A stretch of DNA of 64,000 nucleotides, taken from contig CAWCKY010000001.1 of NCBI GenBank assembly GCA_963796275.1, positions 864,001-928,000 of the forward strand, in the 5' to 3' direction. Source of the stretch: an uncultured Acidobacteriota bacterium. GTDB lineage: Bacteria > Acidobacteriota > Blastocatellia > RBC074. Below are positions 32,326 through 43,919 of the stretch, piece by piece. The notes beneath the pieces are model-generated. The model was given only the letters and a program-made list of their open reading frames with translations, was not told the origin of the DNA and ran no database searches. Positions within the stretch are counted from its first letter, which is position 1. Every line of letters starts with the position of its first letter. The translations under genes and the position numbers were made by a program.

Positions 32326-33609
32326 ATGAGTAATAGCGATTCAGTCAACAAACACAAGGATTATCTCTTCCCCGTCGTCTCGATGTACTACCGCGAACCG
32401 ATCGCGCTCGATCACGGCCAGGGGATGTACGTCTGGGATGAAAACGGCAAAAAATACCTCGATTGTTTCGGCGGAGTATTATCCACCAGCATCGGGCATG
32501 TCCATCCGCACGTGGTAGGGGCCATTACCGATCAGCTCAAAAAGATATCGCACACCTCAACGCTCTACGCGAGCAGACCGCAATCCGAACTGGCGCAGAA
32601 ATTGGCGGAAATAACCCCAGCGGGTCTCGAGAAGAGTTTCTTCACCAATAGCGGGACGGAGGCTGATGAGACCGCGACTATGGCGGCGAAACTTTATACG
32701 GGTCGACAGGAGATCATCACTCTTCGCCACAGCTACAGCGGGCGTTCGGCCGCGGCCATCACGGCATCGGGCCAGGCTCCGTGGAAGATACTGCCGGCGC
32801 AGGTGCCCGGCATTGTCCATGCGCCGGCACCGTATTGCTATCGCTGCCCGTTCAAGCTCAAATATCCGGAATGCGATCTCGCCTGCGCGAAAGATTTGAA
32901 GGAAGTGATCGAGACCTCGACCTCCGGAAAAATCGCCGCCTTCATGGCCGAACCGATCATGGGCGTCGGTGGATACATCACTCCGCCGAAAGAATATTTC
33001 AAAGAGGCCGTCGCCATCATCCGCCAGTACGGCGGAGTGTTCATTTGCGACGAAGTGCAGACCGGCTGGGGGAGAACCGGCGATAAGATGTTCGGGATAG
33101 AACATTGGGAGGTCGAACCGGAGATTATGACCTTCGCCAAAGGCATGGCGAACGGCACGCCTATCGGCGCTACGATAGCGCGGAAAGACATTGCAGATGC
33201 AATGTCGGCTATCTCATTTTCGACTTTCGGCGGCAATCCCGTGTCGATGCGCGCCGCGCTGGCTACCATCGAAGTCATCGAGCGCGAAGACCTGGCGCGT
33301 AACGCTCAGGTCACCGGCGATTACTTGCGCGAAAAACTTATGGGACTGCAAGAGCGGTTTGATGCGATCGGAGAGGTGCGGGGAATGGGACTGATGCAGG
33401 GGATAGAGTTCGTCAAGGACCGCAAGACGAAAGAGCCTTACCCGGAGGCCGTCTTGAAGGTTTTCGAAGAGACGAAGAAACGCGGCGTCCTCATCGGAAA
33501 GGGCGGGCTATATGGAAATGTTATCCGCATGGGCCCGCCACTGATCGCAACGAAAGATCATATCGACGAACTGGCTGCGGCGTTGAACGATGCGCTCGCG
33601 GCAATATAA
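32326..33609 (+). CDS. Class III PLP aminotransferase (AGXT2-like, probable beta-alanine aminotransferase)
   Basis: YLDCFGG, FTNSGTEA, DEVQTGWGRTG, TFAKGMANG and STFGGNP motifs; first gene of the pyrimidine catabolism operon. Confidence 0.88.
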   Translation: MSNSDSVNKHKDYLFPVVSMYYREPIALDHGQGMYVWDENGKKYLDCFGGVLSTSIGHVHPHVVGAITDQLKKISHTSTLYASRPQSELAQKLAEITPAGLEKSFFTNSGTEADETATMAAKLYTGRQEIITLRHSYSGRSAAAITASGQAPWKILPAQVPGIVHAPAPYCYRCPFKLKYPECDLACAKDLKEVIETSTSGKIAAFMAEPIMGVGGYITPPKEYFKEAVAIIRQYGGVFICDEVQTGWGRTGDKMFGIEHWEVEPEIMTFAKGMANGTPIGATIARKDIADAMSAISFSTFGGNPVSMRAALATIEVIEREDLARNAQVTGDYLREKLMGLQERFDAIGEVRGMGLMQGIEFVKDRKTKEPYPEAVLKVFEETKKRGVLIGKGGLYGNVIRMGPPLIATKDHIDELAAALNDALAAI

Positions 33610-33630
33610 AAATCTGGAGGCTGAAGAGAG

Positions 33631-33715
33631 AATCAGTACCGCGAGCGGTAGCGAGCGAATTTCCATTGCTGACCGATTGATGAAAACTCGCTCGCTACTG
33701 ATCGCGGTATTGATT
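33631..33715. repeat. REP-like palindromic element, copy 2
   Basis: aatcagtaccgcgagcggtagcgagcg ... cgctcgctactgatcgcggtattgatt. Confidence 0.8.
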
Positions 33716-33730
33716 CCGCTTAAGTAATCT

Positions 33731-35116
33731 ATGCGCACATTGATCAAAAACGGCCACATCGTCACTGCCGTAGATTCCTACACCGCCGACATTTTGATCG
33801 ACGGCGAAACGGTGGCGATGATCGGAAAAAACCTCTCGGAGGTCGCCGGTTCGATAGACAAAATGATTGACGCTACCGGGAAGCTGGTCATCCCGGGTGG
33901 CATCGATCCGCATACGCACATGGATTTGCCATTCGGCGGCACGTCAGCATCCGACGATTTCGAGACGGGCACGCGTGCGGCGGCTTTTGGCGGGACGACG
34001 ACGATCGTCGATTTTGCCGTTCAATACCATGGACAGGAACTAAACGAGGCGCTCGACGTCTGGTTCGGTAAAGCTGAGGGCAAAGCATCGATCGATTACG
34101 GCTTTCATATGATAGTGACCGATTTGCCGGACGAGCGGTTGCCCGGATTAAAGGGGCTGATCGATCAGGGGGTGACGAGCTTCAAATTGTTTATGGCTTA
34201 TCCCGGCGTCTTTCTCGTCGATGATGGAACTATCTTCAAGGCGATGTCGACCGCGGGCGAGTCGGGCGGTTTGATCTGTATGCACGCGGAGAATGGCGTT
34301 GTGATCGACGTACTCGTCAAACGCGCCTTGGCCGAAGGCAAGACTGGTCCGAAATATCATGCGCTCACTCGCCCGACAAAAGCCGAGGCCGAGGGCGTGC
34401 ACCGGGCGATAGCGATTGCGGAGATGGCCAATTCTCCGGTCTACATCGTGCATCTGAGCTGTTACGATGCTCTGAAAGAGGTTCAGGCCGCGCGCGACCT
34501 CGGATTACCAGCATTTGCCGAAACCTGCCCGCAATACCTGCTGCTCGATTACAATCGTTACGAACAGGAAGGATTTGAAGGGGCCAAATATGTGATGACC
34601 CCGCCGCTGCGCGATAAAGAGAATCAGGAGCTGCTCTGGCGCGGGCTGCGCGGCGACGATCTGCAGGTTATCTCGACCGATCATTGCCCGTTCTGTTTTA
34701 AAGAACAGAAAGAGCTGGGGCGCGATGATTTCAGTAAGATTCCGAACGGTGGGCCGGGGGTGGAAAATCGGATGAGTTTGATCTATCACCACGGAGTCGA
34801 AGCAGGGCGCATTAATTTGAATCGTTTTGTCGAACTTACTTCCACCGCTGCTGCCAAAATTTTCGGCCTCTTTCCGAAGAAAGGGACGATAGCGGTTGGG
34901 TCCGATGCCGATATCGTCATATTCGACCCGAACCGCGAGCAGATTATAAGTGCGGCGACCCACCATATGCGCGTGGATTACAGCGCTTATGAGGGATGGA
35001 AGGTCAAAGGTGTGGCCGAGGTGGTGTTGTCGAGAGGAAGAGCGATCGTAGAGAACGGCGTGTGGAAGGGCAAGGCCGGTGATGGTAGCTTTTTGAGGCG
35101 CGGGACTTTTGCATAA
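33731..35116 (+). CDS. hydA: Dihydropyrimidinase
   Basis: PGGIDPHTH, SFKLFMAY, MHAENG, YIVHLS, ETCPQY, STDHCPF and IPNG motifs. Confidence 0.95.
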   Translation: MRTLIKNGHIVTAVDSYTADILIDGETVAMIGKNLSEVAGSIDKMIDATGKLVIPGGIDPHTHMDLPFGGTSASDDFETGTRAAAFGGTTTIVDFAVQYHGQELNEALDVWFGKAEGKASIDYGFHMIVTDLPDERLPGLKGLIDQGVTSFKLFMAYPGVFLVDDGTIFKAMSTAGESGGLICMHAENGVVIDVLVKRALAEGKTGPKYHALTRPTKAEAEGVHRAIAIAEMANSPVYIVHLSCYDALKEVQAARDLGLPAFAETCPQYLLLDYNRYEQEGFEGAKYVMTPPLRDKENQELLWRGLRGDDLQVISTDHCPFCFKEQKELGRDDFSKIPNGGPGVENRMSLIYHHGVEAGRINLNRFVELTSTAAAKIFGLFPKKGTIAVGSDADIVIFDPNREQIISAATHHMRVDYSAYEGWKVKGVAEVVLSRGRAIVENGVWKGKAGDGSFLRRGTFA

Positions 35117-35274
35117 TTCGAAGTAAATGAATAAATGGAGAACTTATTGGAGCGAATAACCGTGACAGCACACTATCTCCCGGCCAGATAGCCATCCGGG
35201 CATCTGTTAATGAAAGCTTCGCGCTTGAATAGCGCACGGCTTGAATCGTTGTCGATATAAAGGGAACTTTTTAA

Positions 35275-36873
35275 ATGCGACCCAATATTGATCGCGAAGT
35301 CATTGAACACCCCGATGGGCGCGTCGAACTCCGCGATCATTCATCTATCAGCTCGAGTCCGCTATACAACAGCGATCTAGCGCCCGTGCCCGTCGCGAAG
35401 CGCAACTGGACTACCTACAACTATGCCGCCCTTTGGATCAGCATGGCGCATTGCATTCCGACCTACATGCTTTCGGCCGGCTTGATCACGGTAGGGATGA
35501 ACTGGTGGCAGGCGCTGTTCACCATCCTGCTCGGGAATACGATCGTTCTCATCCCCATTCTCCTCAACTCCCATCCGGGCACCAAGTACGGCATTCCCTT
35601 TCCGGTCTTCGCGCGCGCGAGTTATGGGACATACGGCTCCAATCTGCCGGCATTGATGCGTGCTCTCGTTGCCTGCGGATGGTTCGGGATTCAGGCCTGG
35701 ATCGGCGGCGAAGCCCTCAATGTCTTCTTGCGCGCGATCATACCCGGTTGGCATACGATGTTGGGCGGTCCGGTCAACGGGCACACGCCGACCGAGTGGA
35801 TATCATTCCTGCTCTTCTGGGCGCTGAATATCTACATTATCTATCGCGGTATGGATCTGCTGCGGTGGGTGGAGAATTGGGCTGCGCCATTCGTCCTGAT
35901 CATGACCGCGGGATTGCTTGTTTGGGCGGTATGGCGCGCTAACGGACTCGGTTATTTATTGGATGATTCCGGGCGATATCCGAGCCTCGGTGAATTTCTA
36001 CCGGTCTTCATCCCATCGTTAACTGCGATGATCGGCTTCTGGTCGACTCTATCCCTGAATATGCCCGATTTCACGCGCTTCGGGCGCAGCCAGCGCGAAC
36101 AGGCGGTCGGACAAATTATTGCCTTGCCGTCGACGATGACCGTCTTCGCCGCCATGAGCGTAGTCATCACCTCGGCGGCCGTAGTGATCTATCCGCATAT
36201 GAAAGCCGATCAATTGTGGGATCCGATGAAACTTACCGGACAGTTCGATAATGTGGCGGTCATCGCGGTTTCGATGTTCACGGTTGTCGTGGCGACGCTG
36301 GCGGTAAACATCGCAGCAAATGTGGTCTCTCCCGCCAACGATTTTGCCAATGCGTTTCCACACTGGATTTCGTTCCGCACCGGAGGATTGATAACGGGAA
36401 TCATCGGCATTTTGATGCAGCCCTGGAGACTTCTGGCCGACCCATCGGGCTATATTTTCAAGTGGCTGGTCGGGTATTCGGGCGGCCTCGGCTCGATTGC
36501 AGGGGTATTGATAGTCGATTACTGGCTGGTGCGGAATAAGCATCTGGCACTAGGTGATCTCTACCGCACTCAAGGTGTATACGCATACGCTCGGGGATGG
36601 AATTGGCGGGCGATCGCCGCCACCATCATCGGCTGCTCGCTGGCGTGGGGCGGTTTGATTCTCCCGGCGCTAGCGCCGTTATACAATTATGCCTGGTTCG
36701 TAGGATTCGGCTCATCGGCCGTCGTTCACTATGTTTTTATGAAATTGTTTCCCCCATACGAACATACGGGAGATCGGGAGAGCCGGGTACTGAATGAGTT
36801 AGATGAATCACTCTCATCTTCCGCCCCCCTCGCACACAACCCCGCTTCTTCTTCAACCATTACAAAGGACTAG
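35275..36873 (+). CDS. NCS1 nucleobase:cation symporter
   Basis: GTKYGIPFPVFARASYG, ACGWFGIQ, LSLNMPDFTRF and NIAANVVSP motifs; about 12 TM helices. Confidence 0.93.
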   Translation: MRPNIDREVIEHPDGRVELRDHSSISSSPLYNSDLAPVPVAKRNWTTYNYAALWISMAHCIPTYMLSAGLITVGMNWWQALFTILLGNTIVLIPILLNSHPGTKYGIPFPVFARASYGTYGSNLPALMRALVACGWFGIQAWIGGEALNVFLRAIIPGWHTMLGGPVNGHTPTEWISFLLFWALNIYIIYRGMDLLRWVENWAAPFVLIMTAGLLVWAVWRANGLGYLLDDSGRYPSLGEFLPVFIPSLTAMIGFWSTLSLNMPDFTRFGRSQREQAVGQIIALPSTMTVFAAMSVVITSAAVVIYPHMKADQLWDPMKLTGQFDNVAVIAVSMFTVVVATLAVNIAANVVSPANDFANAFPHWISFRTGGLITGIIGILMQPWRLLADPSGYIFKWLVGYSGGLGSIAGVLIVDYWLVRNKHLALGDLYRTQGVYAYARGWNWRAIAATIIGCSLAWGGLILPALAPLYNYAWFVGFGSSAVVHYVFMKLFPPYEHTGDRESRVLNELDESLSSSAPLAHNPASSSTITKD

Positions 36874-36881
36874 TTCAGTTT

Positions 36882-37751
36882 ATGGCACAGGTTGTCAAAT
36901 GCGGTCTTATTCAAGCAAAAAATGCGGCGCCAACCGATGCGCCGATCGAAGATATCAAGCGCGTCAATATTGAAAAACATCTGAAGATCATCGAGTCGGC
37001 CGCGCAACAGGGCGTAAAGATTCTCTGCATGCAGGAGGTCTTTACCACCCCATATTTTTGCGCCGAACAACAGGCGCGCTGGTATGAAGCGGTCGAGAGA
37101 ATTCCAGATGGACCTACAATCAGACTCATGCAGGACGTCGCGAAAAAGCACGGAATGGTTATTATCGTCCCGATTTACGAAGAGGAGATGACGGGTATCT
37201 ACTACAACACGGCCGCCGTCATCGACGCCGATGGGAGATATATAGGGAAATATCGCAAGACCCATATTCCGCACGTCGGGCCAGGCTTCTGGGAGAAGTT
37301 CTATTTCAAGCCCGGAAACCTGGGCTATCCGGCGTTCGAGACGGCTTTCGCGCGCATCGGGGTATATATCTGCTATGACCGGCATTTTCCCGAAGGTGCG
37401 CGCGCATTGGGGTTGAACGGCGCGGAGATAGTTTTCAATCCATCAGCGACGGTCGCCGGTCTCTCGGAATATCTCTGGAGGCTCGAACAGCCGGCTCATG
37501 CAGTGGCCAACGGCTATTTTATCGGTGCGATCAACCGCGTCGGTTACGAAGCGCCGTGGAATATCGGCGAGTTTTACGGCCAGAGCTATTTCTGCGATCC
37601 GCGCGGACAGACGATTGCGATCGCACCGCGCGATGAGGACGCGCTCGTCGTCGCCGACCTCGATCTCGCGATGATCCGCGAAGTGCGCAACACGTGGCAG
37701 TTTTTCCGCGACCGGCGACCCGAGACTTACCAGGCGCTGGTCGCCGAATAG
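36882..37751 (+). CDS. Beta-ureidopropionase (carbon-nitrogen hydrolase)
   Basis: QEVF, YRKTHIPH, WEKFYF, ICYDRHFPE and WQFFRDRRP motifs; operon context. Confidence 0.88.
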   Translation: MAQVVKCGLIQAKNAAPTDAPIEDIKRVNIEKHLKIIESAAQQGVKILCMQEVFTTPYFCAEQQARWYEAVERIPDGPTIRLMQDVAKKHGMVIIVPIYEEEMTGIYYNTAAVIDADGRYIGKYRKTHIPHVGPGFWEKFYFKPGNLGYPAFETAFARIGVYICYDRHFPEGARALGLNGAEIVFNPSATVAGLSEYLWRLEQPAHAVANGYFIGAINRVGYEAPWNIGEFYGQSYFCDPRGQTIAIAPRDEDALVVADLDLAMIREVRNTWQFFRDRRPETYQALVAE

Positions 37752-37818
37752 TTTTCAGCTTTTAGTTTTCAGTTGGGCCGTCTCGATCGACAACTGAAAA
37801 CTGAATACTGAAAACTAT
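37748..37818. repeat. Heptamer-periodic inverted repeat (AAAACTG family) overlapping the upstream stop codon
   Basis: atagttttcagcttttagttttcagttg ... caactgaaaactgaatactgaaaactat. Confidence 0.85.
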
Positions 37819-37838
37819 TTTTGAGGAGCTTATTATCT

Positions 37839-38834
37839 ATGCTCGAATACGCCATCACCTTTAAGCCTGAAATGACCGCGGAGCACATAGTCGGCTTAAC
37901 CAGACAGGCAGAGGCTGCCGGTTTCAGTCACGGCTGGATTTTCGATTCTCACGTATTGTGGCAGGATCCTTACCCTCTGCTCACTTTGATGGCCGTGAAT
38001 TCGAGGACGATGCGATTAGGCACCTGCGTGACCAATCCCGCGGTGCGTGACGCGACTGTGACGGCCAGCCTGCTCGCGACGCTCAATCGTATCTCCGGCG
38101 GCAGAATGGACCTAGGCATCGGGCGCGGGGACAGCTCCCGGCGCGTTATGGGTAAAAGGCCAACGACGCTGGCCGATCTGGAAAATTGTGTACAGGTAAT
38201 TCGTGATCTCTGTGCGGGCAAACAGATTGTGTACGAAGACAACCCGATCCAGATGGCCTGGGCGGACGCCGGCGTCCCGCCTGTATGGATCGCCGGATAT
38301 GGCCCGAAGGCGCTGCGTTTAGCGGGACGCATCGGCGATGGCGTAATTCTGCAATTCGCCGATCCTCATTTGATCAAATGGTGTCTGGGTTTCGTCCGAG
38401 AAGGCGCGGAAGAGAGCGGTCGCGATTATTCCCGGATAAAGGTAATGGCCGCCGCTCCGGTATGGGTTTCATCCGATCTCGCAGAGGCGCGCGATCGCGT
38501 CCGCTGGTTTCCCGCGCTCGTCTCCAACCATGTGGTCGATCTCGTCTCTCGCTATAAGCTAGAAGAGCTGCCGCCGGAGCTGACCGCATACGTCCGTGAT
38601 CGCAAAGGTTATAACTATTTGCATCACGCGGAGGTGGGCAGCGACAACGCACAGTTTGTGACGGATGAAGTTGTTGATCGTTTCTGTCTAGTCGGTCCGG
38701 TTGAAGAACAAGTGAGACGATTGAGGCAGCTCGAAGAGATCGGCGTGACGCAATTCAACATCTATCTTATGTGCGGCGATGAAGAGCAGACCGTTGAAAT
38801 ATATGGCGACGGAGTGATCCCGCCATTTAGATAA
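37839..38834 (+). CDS. LLM-class, probably F420-dependent, oxidoreductase (TIGR03842-like)
   Basis: WIFDSHVLWQDP, VTNPAVRD, GIGRGDSSRR, AGYGPKAL and WFPALVSNHV motifs; GAGGAG RBS before ATG 37839. Confidence 0.85.
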   Translation: MLEYAITFKPEMTAEHIVGLTRQAEAAGFSHGWIFDSHVLWQDPYPLLTLMAVNSRTMRLGTCVTNPAVRDATVTASLLATLNRISGGRMDLGIGRGDSSRRVMGKRPTTLADLENCVQVIRDLCAGKQIVYEDNPIQMAWADAGVPPVWIAGYGPKALRLAGRIGDGVILQFADPHLIKWCLGFVREGAEESGRDYSRIKVMAAAPVWVSSDLAEARDRVRWFPALVSNHVVDLVSRYKLEELPPELTAYVRDRKGYNYLHHAEVGSDNAQFVTDEVVDRFCLVGPVEEQVRRLRQLEEIGVTQFNIYLMCGDEEQTVEIYGDGVIPPFR

Positions 38835-38840
38835 AGCTGT

Positions 38841-40442
38841 TTATAACCTGACGGCCACGCCGCTACCAGGCTCCACCTGACTCTCGCCGCGGACTGTCAA
38901 TTTACCTCCGACGATCACATATTCAACCCCCACCGGGTATTGCATTGAATCATCGAATGTCGCGCGGTCGATAACTCGGTCAGGATCGAAGACGACCAGA
39001 TTTGCCCGGGCGCCCGCTTCGATCTTCCCGTAGCCCTTGATCCGGAAAGTTTCCGCGGCGAGACACGACATCTTGCGCACCGCCTCCTCGAGGGTGAGCA
39101 GCGACTGTTCGCGCGCATATCGGCCGAGAATGCGCGGGTATGTGCCATAAGCCCGCGGATGCGGTTTGCCGCTGAGCAGCCCATCTGTGCAGACATTGAC
39201 ATAGGGTTCTCGCATTATCTTCCGCACCACATCTTCCGATTGGCTGAACGAGATCATTCCGACGCCCATTTTCTCGTCCAAGAGCAGCTCGAGGGCGAAC
39301 TCGGCGGCCTCTTCTTCACTCACCATATCTACCTGTTTCCTCAAACTCGCAGCCTGCGTGAGGTTCTTGCCGATATAACCGGGATGTTGACCGGATGCGA
39401 TGTCGGAGATGACGATGCCCTCCGGCCCCGACCACTTCCAGAAATTATCCCATTTCGACTGCGATCGATCGAGCATCTCGCTCCGCATGCGCCCGCGCTC
39501 GTCTCTGCTGGCCAGACGCGCCAGGGTAGCTGCAACACCCCCGGCGTGCACCCATGGCGGAAGAATTGCACCAAGCATCGTTGAGCCCGCTACATATGGA
39601 TATTGATCTGCAGTCAGCGTCACGCCCGCAGCCTGAGCGATACGGATCGTCTCCAGCACGCGGTCGATCGTCGTCCAGTTCTCTCGCCCTGCCGCCTTGA
39701 AATGTGAGATATGGACGCGAACGCGTGACTCCCTACCCACCTCTATCATCTCCGCCACGGCATCTTCGAGGTAATCGCTTTCGCTGCGCATATGGGCCAC
39801 GAAGATGCCATTCGATTCGGCAACTGTCCGGCACAGATCGATCAACTCGGAAGTATCGGCATAGCAGCACGGCGGATAGATCAATCCGGTCGAGATGCCG
39901 AGCGCGCCTTCGCGCATTCCCTGGCGGATTTGCTGCTGCATGGCATCGATCTCCGCGCGCGTAGCCCGCCGATCTTCCATTCCCATAGCATTTAATCGTA
40001 TCGCCCCGTGCGGGATAAGATAGGAATAGTCGAGCGCAGGTCCGGCATTTCCCACCGCAGAAAGGTACTCAGCCACCGATTCCCAGTCCCATTCGCGATG
40101 CAGACGACCGAGCAATCCGGCCAGCGCGCTCTGCATTTGGGGCCGGTCAGCTACACGGATTGGCGCAACCGAGATCCCATCCTGACCGAAGACTTCGAGC
40201 GTGATTCCCTGCCGCACTTTCATGGGAAGTTCCGGCTCTGCGATGATACGCAAATCCGAATGGCTATGTGTGTCGATGAATCCGGGCGCGATGATCATCC
40301 CGGAGCAGTCAATTTCCGCGTCGCCGTGGAGTGAAGTTTCCGCATCAATCGCCGCGATTCGGTTGTTGGCGATCGCCACGTCGGCGTGATAGCGCGGGCG
40401 GCCGGTGCCATCGATTACAGTTCCATTTTTGAGTAGGTACAT
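38841..40442 (-). CDS. N-acyl-D-amino-acid deacylase family amidohydrolase
   Basis: PGFIDTHSHSD, HMRSE, HISHFK, DQYPY and HPRAYGTYPR motifs; start placed at MYLLKNG. Confidence 0.88.
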   Translation of the reverse strand: MYLLKNGTVIDGTGRPRYHADVAIANNRIAAIDAETSLHGDAEIDCSGMIIAPGFIDTHSHSDLRIIAEPELPMKVRQGITLEVFGQDGISVAPIRVADRPQMQSALAGLLGRLHREWDWESVAEYLSAVGNAGPALDYSYLIPHGAIRLNAMGMEDRRATRAEIDAMQQQIRQGMREGALGISTGLIYPPCCYADTSELIDLCRTVAESNGIFVAHMRSESDYLEDAVAEMIEVGRESRVRVHISHFKAAGRENWTTIDRVLETIRIAQAAGVTLTADQYPYVAGSTMLGAILPPWVHAGGVAATLARLASRDERGRMRSEMLDRSQSKWDNFWKWSGPEGIVISDIASGQHPGYIGKNLTQAASLRKQVDMVSEEEAAEFALELLLDEKMGVGMISFSQSEDVVRKIMREPYVNVCTDGLLSGKPHPRAYGTYPRILGRYAREQSLLTLEEAVRKMSCLAAETFRIKGYGKIEAGARANLVVFDPDRVIDRATFDDSMQYPVGVEYVIVGGKLTVRGESQVEPGSGVAVRL

Positions 40443-40627
40443 ACGCAATTTTTCATCACCCATCAGGCAATTTGTCGGGTTACCGCGCGGGGCATGTAAG
40501 CTAGCTGGTGAATTATCTATTCCCGGCACGTTTCGAGCTTTGAATTACCGGTGAAATGAACATCGCCGTCGATACACGGGTATTTCGTCACTCTGAGCTC
40601 GTCATTCCATTCATAACAAAAATATTT

Positions 40628-41497
40628 TCAGTAACCGGTCAAGGGCCCATACATCTCAGGCCGCCGGTCGCGATAGAACTGCCAGTGTGTCCGTACTTCG
40701 CGAATCTCATCGAGGTTGAGATCGGCCACTATCAGTTCGTCCTTGTCCTCGCTGCCTTTGGCGAGAATACGGCCATCGGGGTTGCAGAAATATGAAGAGC
40801 CGAAGAATTGGCCGACGTTCCATGGGGCCTCTGTCCCCACCCGGTTGATCGTACCGACGAAATAACCGTTGGCGACGGCGTGCGAGCGCTGCTCCAAATC
40901 CCACAGGTAATCGGCGTGCCCCTTGGTCGTCGCTGAAGGAATGAAGACTATTTCTGCGCCGTTCAACCCCAATGCGCGCGCGCCTTCGGGGAAGTGGCGG
41001 TCGTAACAGATGTAAACGCCGATTCGCGCATATTTGGTCGCGAAAGTCGGAAATCCCAGATTGCCGGGCGTGAAGTAGAACTTCTCCCAGAAACCCGGCA
41101 GGCAATGAGGTATATGAGTCTTGCGATATTTCCCCAGATATTTTCCATCGGCATCGATGACCGCCGCCGTGTTGTAATAGACACCGGTCATCTCTTCTTC
41201 GTAGATCGGAGAAATAATTACCATCTGATGTTCTTTCGCGATTTCGCACATCAGCTGCGTCGTCGGCCCATCGGGGATGCGTTCCACCAGGTCATACCAG
41301 TGTGGATTCTGCTCGGCGGGAAAATATGGACCATAAAAAAGCTCCTGCAAACAGATGATCCGAACCCCCTGCCGGGCGGCATCTGCAATCATCGATATGT
41401 GTTTATCGATCATCGCTTTTTTTATCTGTTCGATCGGGCTTTCGGTGGGCTCGCTGTTCGCGGCCTGAATCAAACCGCATCTGACGATACGAGACAT
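40628..41497 (-). CDS. Second ureidopropionase-like carbon-nitrogen hydrolase
   Basis: Close paralog of 36882-37751, with QELF, YRKTHIPH, ICYDRHFPE and WQFYRDRRP. Confidence 0.88.
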   Translation of the reverse strand: MSRIVRCGLIQAANSEPTESPIEQIKKAMIDKHISMIADAARQGVRIICLQELFYGPYFPAEQNPHWYDLVERIPDGPTTQLMCEIAKEHQMVIISPIYEEEMTGVYYNTAAVIDADGKYLGKYRKTHIPHCLPGFWEKFYFTPGNLGFPTFATKYARIGVYICYDRHFPEGARALGLNGAEIVFIPSATTKGHADYLWDLEQRSHAVANGYFVGTINRVGTEAPWNVGQFFGSSYFCNPDGRILAKGSEDKDELIVADLNLDEIREVRTHWQFYRDRRPEMYGPLTGY

Positions 41498-41520
41498 TGC
41501 TTCAATCCTCCCTGGAAAAT

Positions 41521-41574
41521 AGTGTTTTCAGTTGTTGATTGTGGTCCAAGGTACTGAAACTGAAAACTGAAAAC

Positions 41575-41575
<1 letters not shown>
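41521..41575. repeat. Heptamer-periodic repeat/hairpin (AAAACTG family) abutting the LLM stop codon
   Basis: gttttcagttg ... actgaaactgaaaactgaaaact. Confidence 0.7.
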
Positions 41576-42572
<997 letters not shown>

Positions 42573-42594
42573 GTCTGGTCCTCTCTACTCGATC

Positions 42595-43917
42595 TCACAA
42601 ACGTTCCCAAAGTCTCTTAGCCAACTCACGGCTTCTTGCGGTGATCTCAGCCTCGTCAAGAAACAGTAAGCGCCGGTCTTTCATCAATACCTTGCCCGCG
42701 CAGATGGTCGCCGTAATCATCGAATTCTCAAACCCGAAGAGCATATGCCATGGCAGATTGTCGGCATTGAGCGGTGTGGTCGGATGATAGTCCACGAAAA
42801 TGAGGTCGGCGAATGCGCCTGGTGCCAGCACTCCGATCGGGGCTGGCGGGAATAACGCGCCCGCGAGCGCCGCGTTATTGGTCACGGCCATCTCGGCGAT
42901 GGTGTTACCGCTCATCCGGCGCGGGTCACGGTGTGCCGCCTTGTGATGGAGGTAGGCCGCTTTCCATTCATCCCACATCGCATTTGAAAAACCGTCATTT
43001 CCCAGGCATGCCTTCACCCCGCAGCGTAGCATTCCCTCGACATCCGCTGCGCCCACAGCGTTGTTCATGTCAGAGCGCGGTTGATGTGTGACCCAGGTGC
43101 CGGTCTCGCGCAATATTTCCGCTTCGTGGTTATCGATGTGCACGCAGTGCGCGGCGATGGAACGAGGGCCGAGAATGCCAAATTTATTGAGGCGATCGAT
43201 AACGCGCAGGCCCCCCTTTTTCAGACTATCTTGCTGATCGGATTCGTGCTCCGCCGCGTGGATGTGAAAGCCGCCGTCGTGAGCATTGCGGCACGCCTCG
43301 AGCGTTTTATCCGAAAGCGTGAAAGAGGCGTGCAGGCCGAAGGTGGCAGTAATTGCCGATTGCGGATTCCGGTTTGCAGATCGGATGAAGCGGATATTTT
43401 CCTCAATACCTGCCCGGGCTTTCTCCTGGCCGTCGCGGTCGGTGACTTCATAGCAGAGGCAGGCGCGCAGACCGGCTTGTTCGACCGCCTCGGCGATCGC
43501 ATCCAATGAACCGGCGATGGCATTAGGGGACGCGTGATGATCGATGAGCGTAGTCGTGCCGTGCCTCACTGCGTCTATCAAACATAACAGGGCGCTGTGG
43601 CGCACGTCCTCGAGCGTGAGAGCTTTATCCAGCTTCCACCATAAACGCTCCAGGATTTCCGGGAAATTTTTCGGCGCTGCGCCCGGGATCGCCATACCGC
43701 GCGCGAAGGCGCCGTAGAAATGAGTATGCGCGCAAATGTTACCGGGCAGCACGAACTGTCCGCGCGCACCGATGACTTCGGCCTGCGGATACCTGGTGCG
43801 CAGATCGACTGATGGGCCGAGATCAACAATTCGGTCACCTTCAATGAACAGGGCATGGTTATCAAGAATCAGGTTCGGTGAGCCCCAGGTGATAAGCGTT
43901 GCATCAGTTATCAGCAT
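42595..43917 (-). CDS. ssnA: SsnA-like amidohydrolase
   Basis: CAHTHFYG, FPEILERLWWKLD, GTTTLIDHHASP, CYEVTDRDG, GLHASFT, HIHAAE and LGNDG motifs; ATG at 43917. Confidence 0.85.
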   Translation of the reverse strand: MLITDATLITWGSPNLILDNHALFIEGDRIVDLGPSVDLRTRYPQAEVIGARGQFVLPGNICAHTHFYGAFARGMAIPGAAPKNFPEILERLWWKLDKALTLEDVRHSALLCLIDAVRHGTTTLIDHHASPNAIAGSLDAIAEAVEQAGLRACLCYEVTDRDGQEKARAGIEENIRFIRSANRNPQSAITATFGLHASFTLSDKTLEACRNAHDGGFHIHAAEHESDQQDSLKKGGLRVIDRLNKFGILGPRSIAAHCVHIDNHEAEILRETGTWVTHQPRSDMNNAVGAADVEGMLRCGVKACLGNDGFSNAMWDEWKAAYLHHKAAHRDPRRMSGNTIAEMAVTNNAALAGALFPPAPIGVLAPGAFADLIFVDYHPTTPLNADNLPWHMLFGFENSMITATICAGKVLMKDRRLLFLDEAEITARSRELAKRLWERL

Positions 43918-43919
43918 GG

